The notes under the pieces were generated by a model. It saw nothing but the letters and a program-made list of their open reading frames with translations. It had not been told where the DNA came from and searched no databases. Position numbers and translations under genes: made by a program. DNA of 63,984 nt, the filler included. It is 5 parts of 5 records of this genome, joined end to end, with 100 filler letters (N's around TTAATTAATTAA, not from the genome) between each part and the next. Parts side by side here need not be neighbours in the genome. Positions count along the whole stretch, not along the records: positions 22,722 to 45,794 come from DRR723986_5166; 4 more parts are not named here. One strand, written 5' to 3'. This document shows, in pieces, positions 28,932 through 39,297 of the stretch; position 1 is the first letter of the stretch, and every line of letters begins with the position of its first letter.

Positions 28932-29405
28932 ATGCCTGACCGTGCCCCCCTTCTGCGGATCGGCCTGCTTTTGCCGCTGACCCTGCTGATCGTCACCACC
29001 GTCTATCTTGCGGCGGCCTTCGACATCCGGGTGCAGTTCTCGACCCCCGGAGAGATGACGCCCCGCTCCATGCCGATTCTCACCGCCTGCCTGATGTACG
29101 TGGCGCTTGCCGTAGTCGTCGTGCAGGAGTGGCGCCGCCCCACCGAAGACGGCCCGGTGCGTGACCTCCTGCGCCCGGCGCTGGTGATCCTCGCCACCAT
29201 CGGCTACATCGCGCTGTTCCGCCCCGCAGGCTACATCCTTGCGACGCTGCTGTTCACCGCCGCCCTCTTCGCGATCTTCCGCTTCCAGACCCGCCGGCCG
29301 CTGATGTTCGTGGTCTATGCGATCGGAGTCACCGCGGTCTTCTACGGCCTCTTCGCAGGCATCTTCGGCGTGCGCCTGCCCACCCTGACGCAAGGTTTCC
29401 TGTGA
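28932..29405 (+). CDS. tctB: TTT small membrane subunit TctB
   Basis: 157 aa, about 4 TM segments, C-terminal FGVRLP. Confidence 0.82.
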   Translation: MPDRAPLLRIGLLLPLTLLIVTTVYLAAAFDIRVQFSTPGEMTPRSMPILTACLMYVALAVVVVQEWRRPTEDGPVRDLLRPALVILATIGYIALFRPAGYILATLLFTAALFAIFRFQTRRPLMFVVYAIGVTAVFYGLFAGIFGVRLPTLTQGFL

Positions 29406-30931
29406 TGCAGATCTTCCTCGACGTCCTCGGCGGCATGTCCGCCCTGTTCGACCCGACGGTACTGGGCTTCATGATCGGAGGCTTCCTGATCGGCACCTTC
29501 TTCGGAGCCATGCCGGGCCTGACCTCCGTTCTGGCCATCGCGCTGCTCCTGCCCATCACCTACACCATCGACGTGGTGCCGGCGCTGGTCATGTGCGCCT
29601 CGATCTTCATGGCGGGCATGTATTCGGGGTCGATCACCGCCACCACGATCAACATTCCCGGCGCGCCCTCGTCCATGATGACGGCGGTCGAAGGCAACCA
29701 GTTGATGCAGAAGGGTTTCGGCGCGAACGCGCTGGGGCATGCCGCGCTGGGTTCGATGATCGGCGGCGCCATCGGGGCGGTGCTGCTGATGGCCTTCATG
29801 CCGGTCGCGGCGGAGATCTCGCTGCTGATCCGCACGCCGGGCAAGTTCTCGCTCGTGCTCTTCGCGCTGGTCGTCATCATCATCGTCGACCGCGGCAACA
29901 TCGCCAAGGGCGTGGTCGCCACGCTGCTTGGGGTGATGATCGCCACCGTGGGCATCGACGTGCTGCAGCCGATCCCCCGCTTCAACTTCGGCACCGAAAC
30001 GCTGGTCGAGGGCATCGACATCATGCCCATCGTCATCGGCGCATTCGCGATCTCCGAAGTGCTCATGCAATCGGAAACCTGGAAGGACAGCCTTGGCTCG
30101 ACGCTGGAGAAGGCCAAGTCCATCGTGATCCGGCGGCGCGACTTCATCCCCCCGCGCGCCGAAATCCGCGAGATCGGCCTGTTTGCCTATCTGCGGTCGG
30201 CCTTCATCGGCTACGGCATCGGCATCCTGCCCGGAGCCGGCGGCTCCATGGCGGCCTTCGTGTCCTACGCCATGGCCCGGTCCTCGTCGAAGAAGCCCGA
30301 GGAATACGGCCACGGCTCCCGCGAGGGGATCGCCTCGGCCGAGGCCGCCAACAACTCGATGTGCGGCGGGGCCTTCGTGCCGATGCTGATGTTCGGCATT
30401 CCGGGCGACCCGACCACCGCCATCGTTCTCGGCGTTCTGGTCATCAACGGCCTTCAGCCCGGCCCGCGCCTGCTGGAGAATCAGGCAGAGCTTCTGGGAC
30501 CCATGCTGGGCTCGCTGTTCTTCTCGGCGCTGGTGCTGATCCCGCTGACGCTGTGGCTGTTCGGGCCCTATTTCGTCAAGATCGTCTCGATCCCCAAGGG
30601 CCTGCTCTACACCGGCATCGCCGTGGTGGCGCTGGTCGGCTCCTACGTGGCGACCTATTCGATCTTCCAGATGTCGCTGGCGGTGATCTTCGGCGTCCTG
30701 GCGTATTTCATGCGCAAGCAGAACTATTCCACGGTCTCGATGCTGCTGGGCTTCATCCTCGGCCCGGATCTGGAGGAATACCTCAGGCGCGCCCTGTCGT
30801 TGAGCGACGGCAACCCGATGGTCTTCCTGACCAACCTCGACAGCCTGTTCTTCCTCGCGCTGACGGCGGTCTTTGCCTGGGCCATCCTGATCCGCAAGCC
30901 GCGGAACGCGAGAGGGCCCTCTCCCGGCTGA
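29402..30931 (+). CDS. tctA: TTT large membrane subunit TctA
   Basis: GAMPGL, INIPG, EAANNS and PMLMFGIPGD motifs. Confidence 0.92.
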   Translation: MMQIFLDVLGGMSALFDPTVLGFMIGGFLIGTFFGAMPGLTSVLAIALLLPITYTIDVVPALVMCASIFMAGMYSGSITATTINIPGAPSSMMTAVEGNQLMQKGFGANALGHAALGSMIGGAIGAVLLMAFMPVAAEISLLIRTPGKFSLVLFALVVIIIVDRGNIAKGVVATLLGVMIATVGIDVLQPIPRFNFGTETLVEGIDIMPIVIGAFAISEVLMQSETWKDSLGSTLEKAKSIVIRRRDFIPPRAEIREIGLFAYLRSAFIGYGIGILPGAGGSMAAFVSYAMARSSSKKPEEYGHGSREGIASAEAANNSMCGGAFVPMLMFGIPGDPTTAIVLGVLVINGLQPGPRLLENQAELLGPMLGSLFFSALVLIPLTLWLFGPYFVKIVSIPKGLLYTGIAVVALVGSYVATYSIFQMSLAVIFGVLAYFMRKQNYSTVSMLLGFILGPDLEEYLRRALSLSDGNPMVFLTNLDSLFFLALTAVFAWAILIRKPRNARGPSPG

Positions 30932-31029
30932 GGGTGCCGGGCCGAGGCCCCGCAGCAGCGGGGGATCTTGGGCCGTCGGTCAACGGGTGACGAGACGTGT
31001 CGCCCGCGCGACCGGGCCCCCTGCATGTG

Positions 31030-31950
31030 TCAGCGGGCCTTTGTCACGGCAAAGGCCCGCGTCAGCGTTCTGTCCAGCGAAGCACCGAAGCTCTCGCCAT
31101 GGCTCAGGCCCGGGAAAACGGTGAGCGTGCCGGGAATGCCCGCCGCGCGCAGGGCGGCATCGAGGTCGTGCAGGGCGTCCGGCGGCAGTGCCGCCCGCAT
31201 ACGGACCAGTTTATCCGCCCCGGGCGTGTCAGGGGTGCTGTCACGCGCGCGCTCTTGCCCTCCGACATGGAGGTCCAGCCTGCGGGCAGGCCAGTCGCCC
31301 GCCGCGATCTGCGCGTGCAGGCGGTCCAGAAAAGCCGCGTGATCCCACCACAAGGACGGGCTGGCGCTGACATAGCGCGCGAAGGGCGCGTCGGGCTGGC
31401 TGGCAACGTAGAGGGTGAAGAGCCCGGCATAGGAATGTCCCCAGAGCGTGCTTTGCGACGGATCCACCGGAGCGATGCGGTTCACGCGCGGCAGGATGTC
31501 GTCCGAGAGCAGGGCCAGAAAGGCCCCTGCCCCGCCGCCCGCCCGGCCCCTCGGATCCGTGACCGGGCTGCCATCGGGCGCGGGCGGCGTGTAGTCGCGC
31601 GCGCGCTCGACGGTGGCGAAACGCCGGTCGGTGCGGTAGCCGAGCGTCACGATCACCAAGGGCCGCCCCTGTGAAAGCTCCGCGAGGCGCGTTTCGGTCA
31701 AGCGCTCCAGCACCGCCTGCCCGTCCAGCAGGAAGACCGCCGGGAAACCCGTCTTCGGGGCCGGCCCCTTGGGCCTGAGGATGCCGATACGGTAGGCCGC
31801 CCCCACGCCGTCGGGGGCGGGCAGGTCGAACTGGTGCACCATCACCTCCGCCGAGCCGTGGTCGAAGACGGACGGCCCCAAAGGGTCCATCGCCGGCTGC
31901 GCCTGCGCGCCGGTGCATCCCAGCAGCAAAAGTGCGGCAAGCCGGATCAT
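31030..31950 (-). CDS. iroE: Periplasmic siderophore esterase (IroE/PfeE family)
   Basis: Signal peptide MIRLAALLLLGCTGAQA, LLDG, RARDYTP, nucleophile WGHSYAG and ASPSLWW; downstream of a FepA-like receptor. Confidence 0.8.
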   Translation of the reverse strand: MIRLAALLLLGCTGAQAQPAMDPLGPSVFDHGSAEVMVHQFDLPAPDGVGAAYRIGILRPKGPAPKTGFPAVFLLDGQAVLERLTETRLAELSQGRPLVIVTLGYRTDRRFATVERARDYTPPAPDGSPVTDPRGRAGGGAGAFLALLSDDILPRVNRIAPVDPSQSTLWGHSYAGLFTLYVASQPDAPFARYVSASPSLWWDHAAFLDRLHAQIAAGDWPARRLDLHVGGQERARDSTPDTPGADKLVRMRAALPPDALHDLDAALRAAGIPGTLTVFPGLSHGESFGASLDRTLTRAFAVTKAR

Positions 31951-32224
31951 TCCGCCGCCCCGCCTGCGCCATTGCCCGGGGTGAAGGCCCAAAAGGCGGT
32001 ACGGCGCGGACCGTTCCGCCGGCGGCCTTGCGACAGGGTTGCCCCGCTGGGCCGCTTCGGCCGCGCGCCGTCCGGCGAGGCCGAGGGCCGCTCCGGAATG
32101 CAGCGACCCCGGACCACTCGCGACCCGGGAGGGAGCGGGAACGTCTTGCGGGTGGCGGCTCATGTCCCTGTCCTTCGGTCGGAGGCCGCCGCGCGGATCT
32201 CCGGGCGGCGGCCACCATGGCGGA

Positions 32225-34516
32225 TCAGTAGGTCCGGGTCAGACCGACGTAGAAGGCCCGCCCGGGTTCGTTGTAGGTGTTGGCCCCGTCCTCCGACCGC
32301 AGAACCTGCTTGTCGAAGAGGTTCGTGACCCCCGCGTTCAGGTCGAAACCGTTGTCGAAGGCATAGGTCATCGACAGGTTGTAGAGCGTATAGGGGTCGC
32401 GCGAATCCCCGTCCGCGCTGTCATAGCCGGTGTGGGCGCTGGCTCCGGTGGCTTCGATCTTGCCGTAATGCGTCAGCGAAGGGGTGATCGTCATGCGGTC
32501 GGTCGCCTGCCACGTCAACGCGGCGTTGATCGTGTATTTCGGCACCAGGGACAGCGGCACCTCGACGCTTTGCGCCCCGTAGGCCACCCCGGTCGTGGCA
32601 TTCACCCCGCCCGGCAGGTCCAGCCGCTGCACCGACTCGATCATGTAGGTTCCGTTCGCGGCAAAGGTCAGCCGCTCGCCGATGGGCGCGGAAAAGCTGC
32701 CCTCGAGACCTTCGACCTTCGACTCCGGGATGTTCGCCCACTGGTAGATGCGCGCCGGACTGCCGTCGATCGTCGCCGTCGCGACCTGGTTCAGGCCCGA
32801 CTGGATCTTGTCGCGGTAGTCGTTGTGGAAATAGGTCAGGGTCGCGTTGATGCCATTCCGACCCGCATAGGCGATGCCGATTTCCGAGTTGATCGAGGTC
32901 TCGGGCGAGATGTCCCCGTTGCCCAGCACGTAGCACGGCCCGTCGCGGTAGTGGGGATAGGGGCAGCCGTTGCCACGCGTGTTGTAGACGTAGGTGTCGG
33001 ACAGTTGGTAGAGCGTCGGTGACTTGAAGGCCCGCGCCACGCCGCCCTTGATCGTCCATTCGTCCGACAGCGCATAAGAGGCGTTCAGCCCGCCCGAGGC
33101 GTTCCAGCCGAAACTGTCGGCCCAGTCCACCCGCACCGAGGGCGTCAGCGTCAGGCGGTCGGTCCACGCGATGTTGTCCTCGAGGTAGAAGCCGATGTTG
33201 AGCTGTTCCGACACCCGGTCCCCGGTGGTCGAATCGAAGGCCCCGTCGGCGGATTGGATGGACGAGAAAGAGGAATAGTCGCCAAGGTCCAGCCTTTCCC
33301 AGCGCACTTCGGCGCCCAGCGTCAGGGCCGATGGCGCCTGCCCCAGCATGTGGTCGACGTAAACCTCGCTCTTGCCGGCGATGGCCTCGAGCCTCGCGTG
33401 GTCGAAGTCGGAGGCAGAGCTGATCCGGCCCTCGGAGCCGCCGGCGGTGCCTTCGGCAAGGCGGCGGTTGTCGGTCCGCTCGTACTGGATGAAGCTTCTG
33501 ATGCCGCCCCATGCGTAGTCGCCGGTATGGGTCAGCGCGAGGGTCTTGCGCTCCATCACGCTGGTTTCCTCGCCGTCCTCGGCCAGCTGGTTGATCAGCG
33601 CATCCCCGCCCTGGCCAAGCTGCCCGCCCAGCTGCACGTCACCGGCGTACAGATTGCCCTGCCGCGAATAGCCGAGTTCCAGATCGAAGCTGTCGCGGTC
33701 CGTCGGCGCCCATGTCAGCAGCAGGGAGGCGTCCTTGTTGACCACACCCTCGGACCCGGCGGCGCTGGTGCAGGTCTCTGTCCCGGTCGTGGCATCCACC
33801 GTGCATTCGGCGGTTTCGGCGTTGATCTCGGGGTCGTCGGCCTCTGTCCGGTTGTAGCCCGCGGTGAAGCGCAGGGCGACATCGTCGTTCAACCGCTTGG
33901 CCCAGAGCAGGTTGTAACGCTGGGTCATGCCTTCGAGGCTGCTTTCGGGGGCGTCGATCTTCATCGAGAGTTGCAGCAGATCCTCCTCGGGCGCCTTGGT
34001 GATGATGTTGACCACACCGCCCGCCGCGCCAGAGCCATAGCGCGCCGCCGCCGGGCCGCGAATGACCTCGATGCGCTCGACCAGTTCGGCGGCTACCCAG
34101 TTCGTGTCGCCCCGGGTGTCACGCTCTCCGGCGCGGCCCTGCTTGACGGCGGTGCGCGACAGCACCGGCTTGCCGTCGATCAGGATCAGCACGTTCTCGG
34201 GCCCCATGCCGCGGATGTCGACCTGCCGCTGGTTGCCACGCTGCCCCGAGGGCGAGGTTCCGGTCAGGTTCACGCCCGGCATCTTGCGGATGATCTCGGC
34301 CACGTCATTGACGACAGGCTGCTTCGCGATGTCCTCGGCGGTGATCGTCGAGACGCCGAGCGCCTGCTTGATCTGCTCTTCGGCGGTCAGGACGATCGTC
34401 CCCAAGGCCATTGTGTCCTGAGACGGGACCGATTGCGCGCCCAGCGAGGTCGCAAGGGTCGTCGACAACAGGAAAAGCGCCGGCCCCTTGGCCAGCCGTC
34501 CACGGTTGGAAACCAT
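32225..34516 (-). CDS. fepA: TonB-dependent catecholate siderophore receptor (FepA/PfeA family)
   Basis: Plug signature KQALGVSTITAEDI..MPGVNLTG..SGQRGNQRQVDIRGMGPEN..RGDTNWV; C-terminal TYNEPGRAFY. Confidence 0.88.
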   Translation of the reverse strand: MVSNRGRLAKGPALFLLSTTLATSLGAQSVPSQDTMALGTIVLTAEEQIKQALGVSTITAEDIAKQPVVNDVAEIIRKMPGVNLTGTSPSGQRGNQRQVDIRGMGPENVLILIDGKPVLSRTAVKQGRAGERDTRGDTNWVAAELVERIEVIRGPAAARYGSGAAGGVVNIITKAPEEDLLQLSMKIDAPESSLEGMTQRYNLLWAKRLNDDVALRFTAGYNRTEADDPEINAETAECTVDATTGTETCTSAAGSEGVVNKDASLLLTWAPTDRDSFDLELGYSRQGNLYAGDVQLGGQLGQGGDALINQLAEDGEETSVMERKTLALTHTGDYAWGGIRSFIQYERTDNRRLAEGTAGGSEGRISSASDFDHARLEAIAGKSEVYVDHMLGQAPSALTLGAEVRWERLDLGDYSSFSSIQSADGAFDSTTGDRVSEQLNIGFYLEDNIAWTDRLTLTPSVRVDWADSFGWNASGGLNASYALSDEWTIKGGVARAFKSPTLYQLSDTYVYNTRGNGCPYPHYRDGPCYVLGNGDISPETSINSEIGIAYAGRNGINATLTYFHNDYRDKIQSGLNQVATATIDGSPARIYQWANIPESKVEGLEGSFSAPIGERLTFAANGTYMIESVQRLDLPGGVNATTGVAYGAQSVEVPLSLVPKYTINAALTWQATDRMTITPSLTHYGKIEATGASAHTGYDSADGDSRDPYTLYNLSMTYAFDNGFDLNAGVTNLFDKQVLRSEDGANTYNEPGRAFYVGLTRTY

Positions 34517-34767
34517 GCTTTGTCCTCTCGTTCATCGAGTATGGGAAAAGCTGGCGTCAGCTGGCTTGATGTTGGTGCCGCGGGTGAAGGCCCGGTGATC
34601 GGCGCGCTTCGGCACGGGCGGCTTTGGCTGACTGCGCGGCCCGAAAAGGCGGGCGGCGGATCGTTCGCTGCGGCATGAATGCCGCGCTGCCGCAGAGGAC
34701 ACAAGCGAAAAGTCGCCACCCTGCCGGAGTTTGGCGGGGCAAGGGGCGCCCCCCCTGCCCCGCCGCG

Positions 34768-35904
34768 TCAGTAAGAGGCCTCGAGCAGGGCCCGGTAGTC
34801 CTCTGCGCTGGCGTCGATGGGGTTGGTCTTGTGGCTGTGGTCCGCCAGCGCGCCGGTGATGACCCGGTCGAACAGATCGCGCGACACGCCCATGTCCGAC
34901 AGGCTGCCCGGCAGGCCGATGGCGCGGGTCTTCCCGGCCAGGGCCTCGGCAAGATCGTCACCGGGGCCCAGTCCCATAGCCTGCGCCAATCGCGCGCCCT
35001 TGCCCTCGGCCACGGCACCCGGCGCGCCAAGGTTGTACCGTACCACCGCCGGCATGAAGACGGCGTTCAGCGTGCCGTGATGCAGCGTGGGGTCGATGCC
35101 GCCAAGCGCGTGGGACAGGCTGTGAACGCAGCCCAACCCCTTCTGGAAGGCCATGGCGCCCATGGTCGCGGCGATGGCCATGTCGGCGCGGGCCTCCCGG
35201 TCGTCGGGATGCGCCACCGCCCGGGCAAGGCTGCGCCAGCCGCGGCGCAGGCCCTCCAGCGCGATGCCGTCGGCGGGCGGGTTGAAGGAGGGCGCGAGGA
35301 AGGTCTCGACGCAATGCGAGATCGCGTCCATCCCGGTGGCCGCGGTCAGCATCGGCGGCAGAGAGAGGGTCAGTTCGGGGTCCACGATGGCCGTGCGGGG
35401 GATCAGGTGGGGCGACAGCAGGCCGACCTTGCGCCCGTCGTCGAGGATCACGATGGCCGCCCGCCCGACCTCACTGCCGGTGCCGGCCGTGGTCGGAATG
35501 GCGATGGTCGGAAAGGTCTTCGGCGTGATGCGGTCCAACCCGCCCTCGATCAGCGCATAGTCGCGCAGCACCCCGCCATGGGCCGCGAGGATCGCCACGC
35601 CCTTGGCCGCATCCAGCGCCGAGCCGCCGCCGATGGCGATGATCCCGTCGGCGCCGGAGGCCGTGAACGCCTGTGTCGCGGCGCGGATCGCGGCCTCGTT
35701 CGGGTTACCCGGCACCTCGTCGAAGACCCCGGCGGGGGCTTGGCCGAGGGCGGCCTCCAGCCGGTCGAGGACCCCCAGCGCCCGCACCCCGCGATCCGTC
35801 ACCACGAAGGATCGCCTTATCCCGGCAAGCGCCAGTTCCTCCGGCAGGCATCGCAGCGCGCCAAAGTCGAATTGAACGCGGGTGACGTAGTTTATCAGGC
35901 CCAT
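34768..35904 (-). CDS. Iron-containing alcohol dehydrogenase (4-hydroxybutyrate dehydrogenase-like)
   Basis: GGGSALDAAK, PTTAGTGSEV, DAISHCVE, HSLSH and HHG metal ligands. Confidence 0.88.
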   Translation of the reverse strand: MGLINYVTRVQFDFGALRCLPEELALAGIRRSFVVTDRGVRALGVLDRLEAALGQAPAGVFDEVPGNPNEAAIRAATQAFTASGADGIIAIGGGSALDAAKGVAILAAHGGVLRDYALIEGGLDRITPKTFPTIAIPTTAGTGSEVGRAAIVILDDGRKVGLLSPHLIPRTAIVDPELTLSLPPMLTAATGMDAISHCVETFLAPSFNPPADGIALEGLRRGWRSLARAVAHPDDREARADMAIAATMGAMAFQKGLGCVHSLSHALGGIDPTLHHGTLNAVFMPAVVRYNLGAPGAVAEGKGARLAQAMGLGPGDDLAEALAGKTRAIGLPGSLSDMGVSRDLFDRVITGALADHSHKTNPIDASAEDYRALLEASY

Positions 35905-36049
35905 GGCTTCCTCGTTTCCGGTATAACTCCAAGGCAAGATCGCGCAGGGAATGCGCCCTTGCCTGTCCTCTCATGCAGAGGTGCACCGCGCAAATCCGCT
36001 TGTAAACCGATGAACAGGCGATAGCGTGATCCGGAAAAGGAATACCGGA

Positions 36050-36976
36050 ATGCCGCCCCCTGCCCTGCATCACCTGTCGATGAAGCAGATGCGCCTGATC
36101 GCGGCGCTGGACGATGCCGGCACGCTGCGGCGGGCGGCGCAGGCGGTGGGTCTCAGCCAACCGCGCGCCACCAAAGCCTTGCAGGAGGCCGAGGCGCTGA
36201 CCGGCTGCGCGCTGTTCCACCGCTCCAACCGGGGCTTGCGCCCCACGCCAGAGGGTCAGGTGGCCATCCGTGCCGCCCGCGCCATGCTGGCGCAGCTGAC
36301 CCTAATGGAACATGAGCTGCACGGCATGGCGACCGGCTCCGGCACGCGGCTGCGCATCGGCACCATCATGGGGGCCGTGCCCTTCGTGTCGAATGCCGTT
36401 CGGCGCCACCTCGACCGCGCGCCGGACACCTCCGTCGAGATCATCGAGGACACCAGCGCCGAGCTGCTGCGGCTGCTCGACCGGGGGGCGCTTGATCTGG
36501 TCATCGGGCGCCTCTCGGTCAGCCCCACGCCAGAGGCCTATCGGGCCACCGCCTTCCATGACGAGGTGCTGAAGGTCGTCGCCCACCCCGAGCACCCCCT
36601 CGCCGGGCGTCCGCGCATCGCCCTGTCCGACCTTCAGCGCACGCGCTGGATCGTCTACACCCAAGGGATGCCGATGCGGCTGTCGCTGGAAAACGAGTTC
36701 CGGCTCGCCGGCCTGCCCTTCCCGGCAAGTCTGCACGAAACGCGCTCTGCCCTTGCCACCATGGCGCTGATACAGGGCGACCGGCACACCGTCGCGCTGC
36801 TGTCGGGGGATGTGGCCGAATTCTTCTTCGCCTTCGGCATGGCGATCACCCTGCCGCTTCCGCTGCGCAGCAAGAGCGACCCCTATGAGGTGATCACCCG
36901 CGCGGACCATCCCCCGCACGCGCCCCTCAGCCTATTCCTGAACGACCTGCGCTCTGGCGCGGCGTCGAGGGGATAG
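36050..36976 (+). CDS. LysR-family transcriptional regulator
   Basis: HTH TLRRAAQAVGLSQPRATKAL; divergent from the Fe-ADH gene. Start may be 36026. Confidence 0.9.
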   Translation: MPPPALHHLSMKQMRLIAALDDAGTLRRAAQAVGLSQPRATKALQEAEALTGCALFHRSNRGLRPTPEGQVAIRAARAMLAQLTLMEHELHGMATGSGTRLRIGTIMGAVPFVSNAVRRHLDRAPDTSVEIIEDTSAELLRLLDRGALDLVIGRLSVSPTPEAYRATAFHDEVLKVVAHPEHPLAGRPRIALSDLQRTRWIVYTQGMPMRLSLENEFRLAGLPFPASLHETRSALATMALIQGDRHTVALLSGDVAEFFFAFGMAITLPLPLRSKSDPYEVITRADHPPHAPLSLFLNDLRSGAASRG

Positions 36977-37166
36977 GCGCCCCCGGTCGCGGGTTGACGG
37001 GCCCGCGCCGCAGGGCGACCCTTGGCTCGTGCCTGCGTCAGGGGCGCGTCAGGGGCACCCAGCCCGGCCCTGTGGAAAACCGCTTGCGCGAATCCGGCAT
37101 TCCGGTCAATAGTCTCGAAAAACAACGCGGACATCGGAAAAAACCGAGACCACGGAACGGGCAGAG

Positions 37167-38360
37167 ATGACAGAGACCAGACAGGACCTTGATAGTGCCA
37201 TCGGCCATTACGCCGAACTTCTGGCGGCGAATCTCCTCGCCCAGAGAGAAGCGCATTTTCCCCCGAATGCCCAGAAGACCATGCGCAGCCTGACCAGCGG
37301 CGAGGCGGCGGATCTTCTTGGCGTTGACCATACCTACCTGCGAAAGCTGCACCGCGAGGGCAAGATCCCCGAGGTCGAGATGACGGCGGGCAACCACCGC
37401 CGCTACACGCTCGACGACATCTGGGAAATCCGGCGCACCCTCGAGGTCAAGGCGAAGCGGCCCAACACCTACCTGCCCGGTCGGGGCGAGGGGGATGCGC
37501 TGCAGATCATTTCGGTGGTGAACTTCAAGGGCGGGTCGGGCAAGACCACGACCTCGGCCCATCTCGCGCAGCGTCTGGCGCTGACGGGATACCGGGTGCT
37601 TGCCGTCGACCTCGATCCGCAGGCTTCGATGTCGGCGCTGCATGGTATCCAGCCCGAGATCGACCTGATGGAGGGCGGCACCCTGTACGATGTGGTGCGC
37701 TACGACGAGCCGCGGTCGATCCGTGACGTCATCCGCAAGACCTACATGCGCGGTCTCGACCTGATCCCCGGCAATCTCGAACTGATGGAATTCGAGCATG
37801 AGACCCCCGCGGCGATCCATCGTGGCGGGGCAAAGGCCTTCTTCTCGCGGGTCCGGGACGCTCTGGACGAGGTCGATGCGGATTACGATGTCGTCGTGAT
37901 CGACTGCCCGCCGCAGCTTGGCTTTTTGACGATGTCGGCGCTCTCGGCCTCGACCGGGGTGTTGGTGACCGTTCATCCGCAAATGCTCGACCTCATGTCG
38001 ATGAGCCAGTTCCTGCGGATGACCTCGGACCTCCTTGGCGTGATCCGCGACGCGGGGGCCAATCTGCGCTATGAGTGGCTGAAATTCCTGCCGACCCGGT
38101 ACAAGGTCGGCGACGCGCCGCAGACCGAGATGATCACCTTTATCCGGGGCCTCTTCGGCCGTTCGGTGCTGACCAACCAGATGGTCGAATCCACGGCCAT
38201 TTCGGACGCCGGGCTGACCAAGCAGACCCTCTACGAGGTCGAGCGGAAGGATTTCACCCGGACGACCTACGACCGCGCGGTGGAATCGATGAACGCCGTG
38301 AACGACGAGATCGCGTCCTTGATCCAGCAGACATGGGGCAGAGATGGCACGAAAGGCTAA
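37167..38360 (+). CDS. repA: Plasmid partitioning ATPase RepA
   Basis: N-terminal HTH, deviant Walker A NFKGGSGKTT, DLDPQAS and DCPPQLG. Confidence 0.95.
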   Translation: MTETRQDLDSAIGHYAELLAANLLAQREAHFPPNAQKTMRSLTSGEAADLLGVDHTYLRKLHREGKIPEVEMTAGNHRRYTLDDIWEIRRTLEVKAKRPNTYLPGRGEGDALQIISVVNFKGGSGKTTTSAHLAQRLALTGYRVLAVDLDPQASMSALHGIQPEIDLMEGGTLYDVVRYDEPRSIRDVIRKTYMRGLDLIPGNLELMEFEHETPAAIHRGGAKAFFSRVRDALDEVDADYDVVVIDCPPQLGFLTMSALSASTGVLVTVHPQMLDLMSMSQFLRMTSDLLGVIRDAGANLRYEWLKFLPTRYKVGDAPQTEMITFIRGLFGRSVLTNQMVESTAISDAGLTKQTLYEVERKDFTRTTYDRAVESMNAVNDEIASLIQQTWGRDGTKG

Positions 38361-39297
38361 GCTGAATCCGGCGTTGAGCACGCTGTACAATGCGCCCGAC
38401 GTGCGCGAGAACCGGCGCCTGCGCGGCGGGATCGCGGAACTGCCGACCGACCGGATCGCGGTCTCCGACCGGCTCGACGACCGGTTGCTGCTGGACATCG
38501 ACAGCCTGAAGGAGTCGATCGCGCAGCTTGGCCAGAGGGTGCCGATCCTCGTGCGCCCCGGCGAGGGCGACCGCTACGACCTGATTTACGGGCGTCGCCG
38601 CCTCGAAGCCTGCCGGGCGCTGGGACTCCCGGTGCGGGCGATCGTCACGGAACTGGAGGACGGGCAGGCGCTGAAGGATCAGCTTGTCGAGAACCAGGCC
38701 CGGCACGATCTCAGCTTCATCGAACGCGCGCTTGTGGCCGTCGCCCTTCTGGACGGCGACCACCTGCCAGAGGCCGAGCGCGAGCAGAAGGCCGTGGCCG
38801 AGATCCTGAACGTGACCCCGGCGGCGATGTCGCAGATGGCCGGGATCGTGCGCGGCATCGGCGAGCCGCTGATCCGCGCCATCGGCGCCGCCCCAGGCAT
38901 CGGCCGTCCGCGCTGGGATCAGCTGCGCCGGGCCGTCGAGAAGGGCGCGCCCATGGACACCCTGCTTCAGACGGCGACCGCCGCGGGCAAGCCGGGCGAC
39001 AGCGCCGCCAAGCGATCCGACGCGGCATTCAACGCCGTTCTGGCAGAAGCGAAGTCCAGCGGCGAGCAGCCCGAGGCATCCCCTGCCCTGACCATCGCCG
39101 ATGTCGGCACGGCCCGCGTGACGCGCAAGGGACAGGGCAAGCTGCTGCGGCTGGAGCTGGACGCGCAGGACGCCGATTTCGCCGGATGGCTGGAGGCCGA
39201 AGTGCCCAGCCTGCTGGCAGAGCTTCACGGGCGATGGAACGCCCGGAGGACCGAACCAGAGCAGTCAGACACAGGAGGCACGACAGAAAGCGCATGA
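38344..39297 (+). CDS. repB: Plasmid partitioning protein RepB (ParB family)
   Basis: GQRVPILVRP, YGRRRL, ENQARHDLSFIE and IGAAPGIGRPRW. Confidence 0.93.
   Translation: MARKAKLNPALSTLYNAPDVRENRRLRGGIAELPTDRIAVSDRLDDRLLLDIDSLKESIAQLGQRVPILVRPGEGDRYDLIYGRRRLEACRALGLPVRAIVTELEDGQALKDQLVENQARHDLSFIERALVAVALLDGDHLPEAEREQKAVAEILNVTPAAMSQMAGIVRGIGEPLIRAIGAAPGIGRPRWDQLRRAVEKGAPMDTLLQTATAAGKPGDSAAKRSDAAFNAVLAEAKSSGEQPEASPALTIADVGTARVTRKGQGKLLRLELDAQDADFAGWLEAEVPSLLAELHGRWNARRTEPEQSDTGGTTESA

Noticed and set aside
31951..32163. 71-codon in-frame N-terminal extension of the IroE-like esterase
   Set aside because: Low-complexity Arg/Pro/Ala sequence ahead of a clean signal peptide starting at 31950. 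An upstream start at 32163 has a weak RBS-like sequence and cannot be fully excluded.
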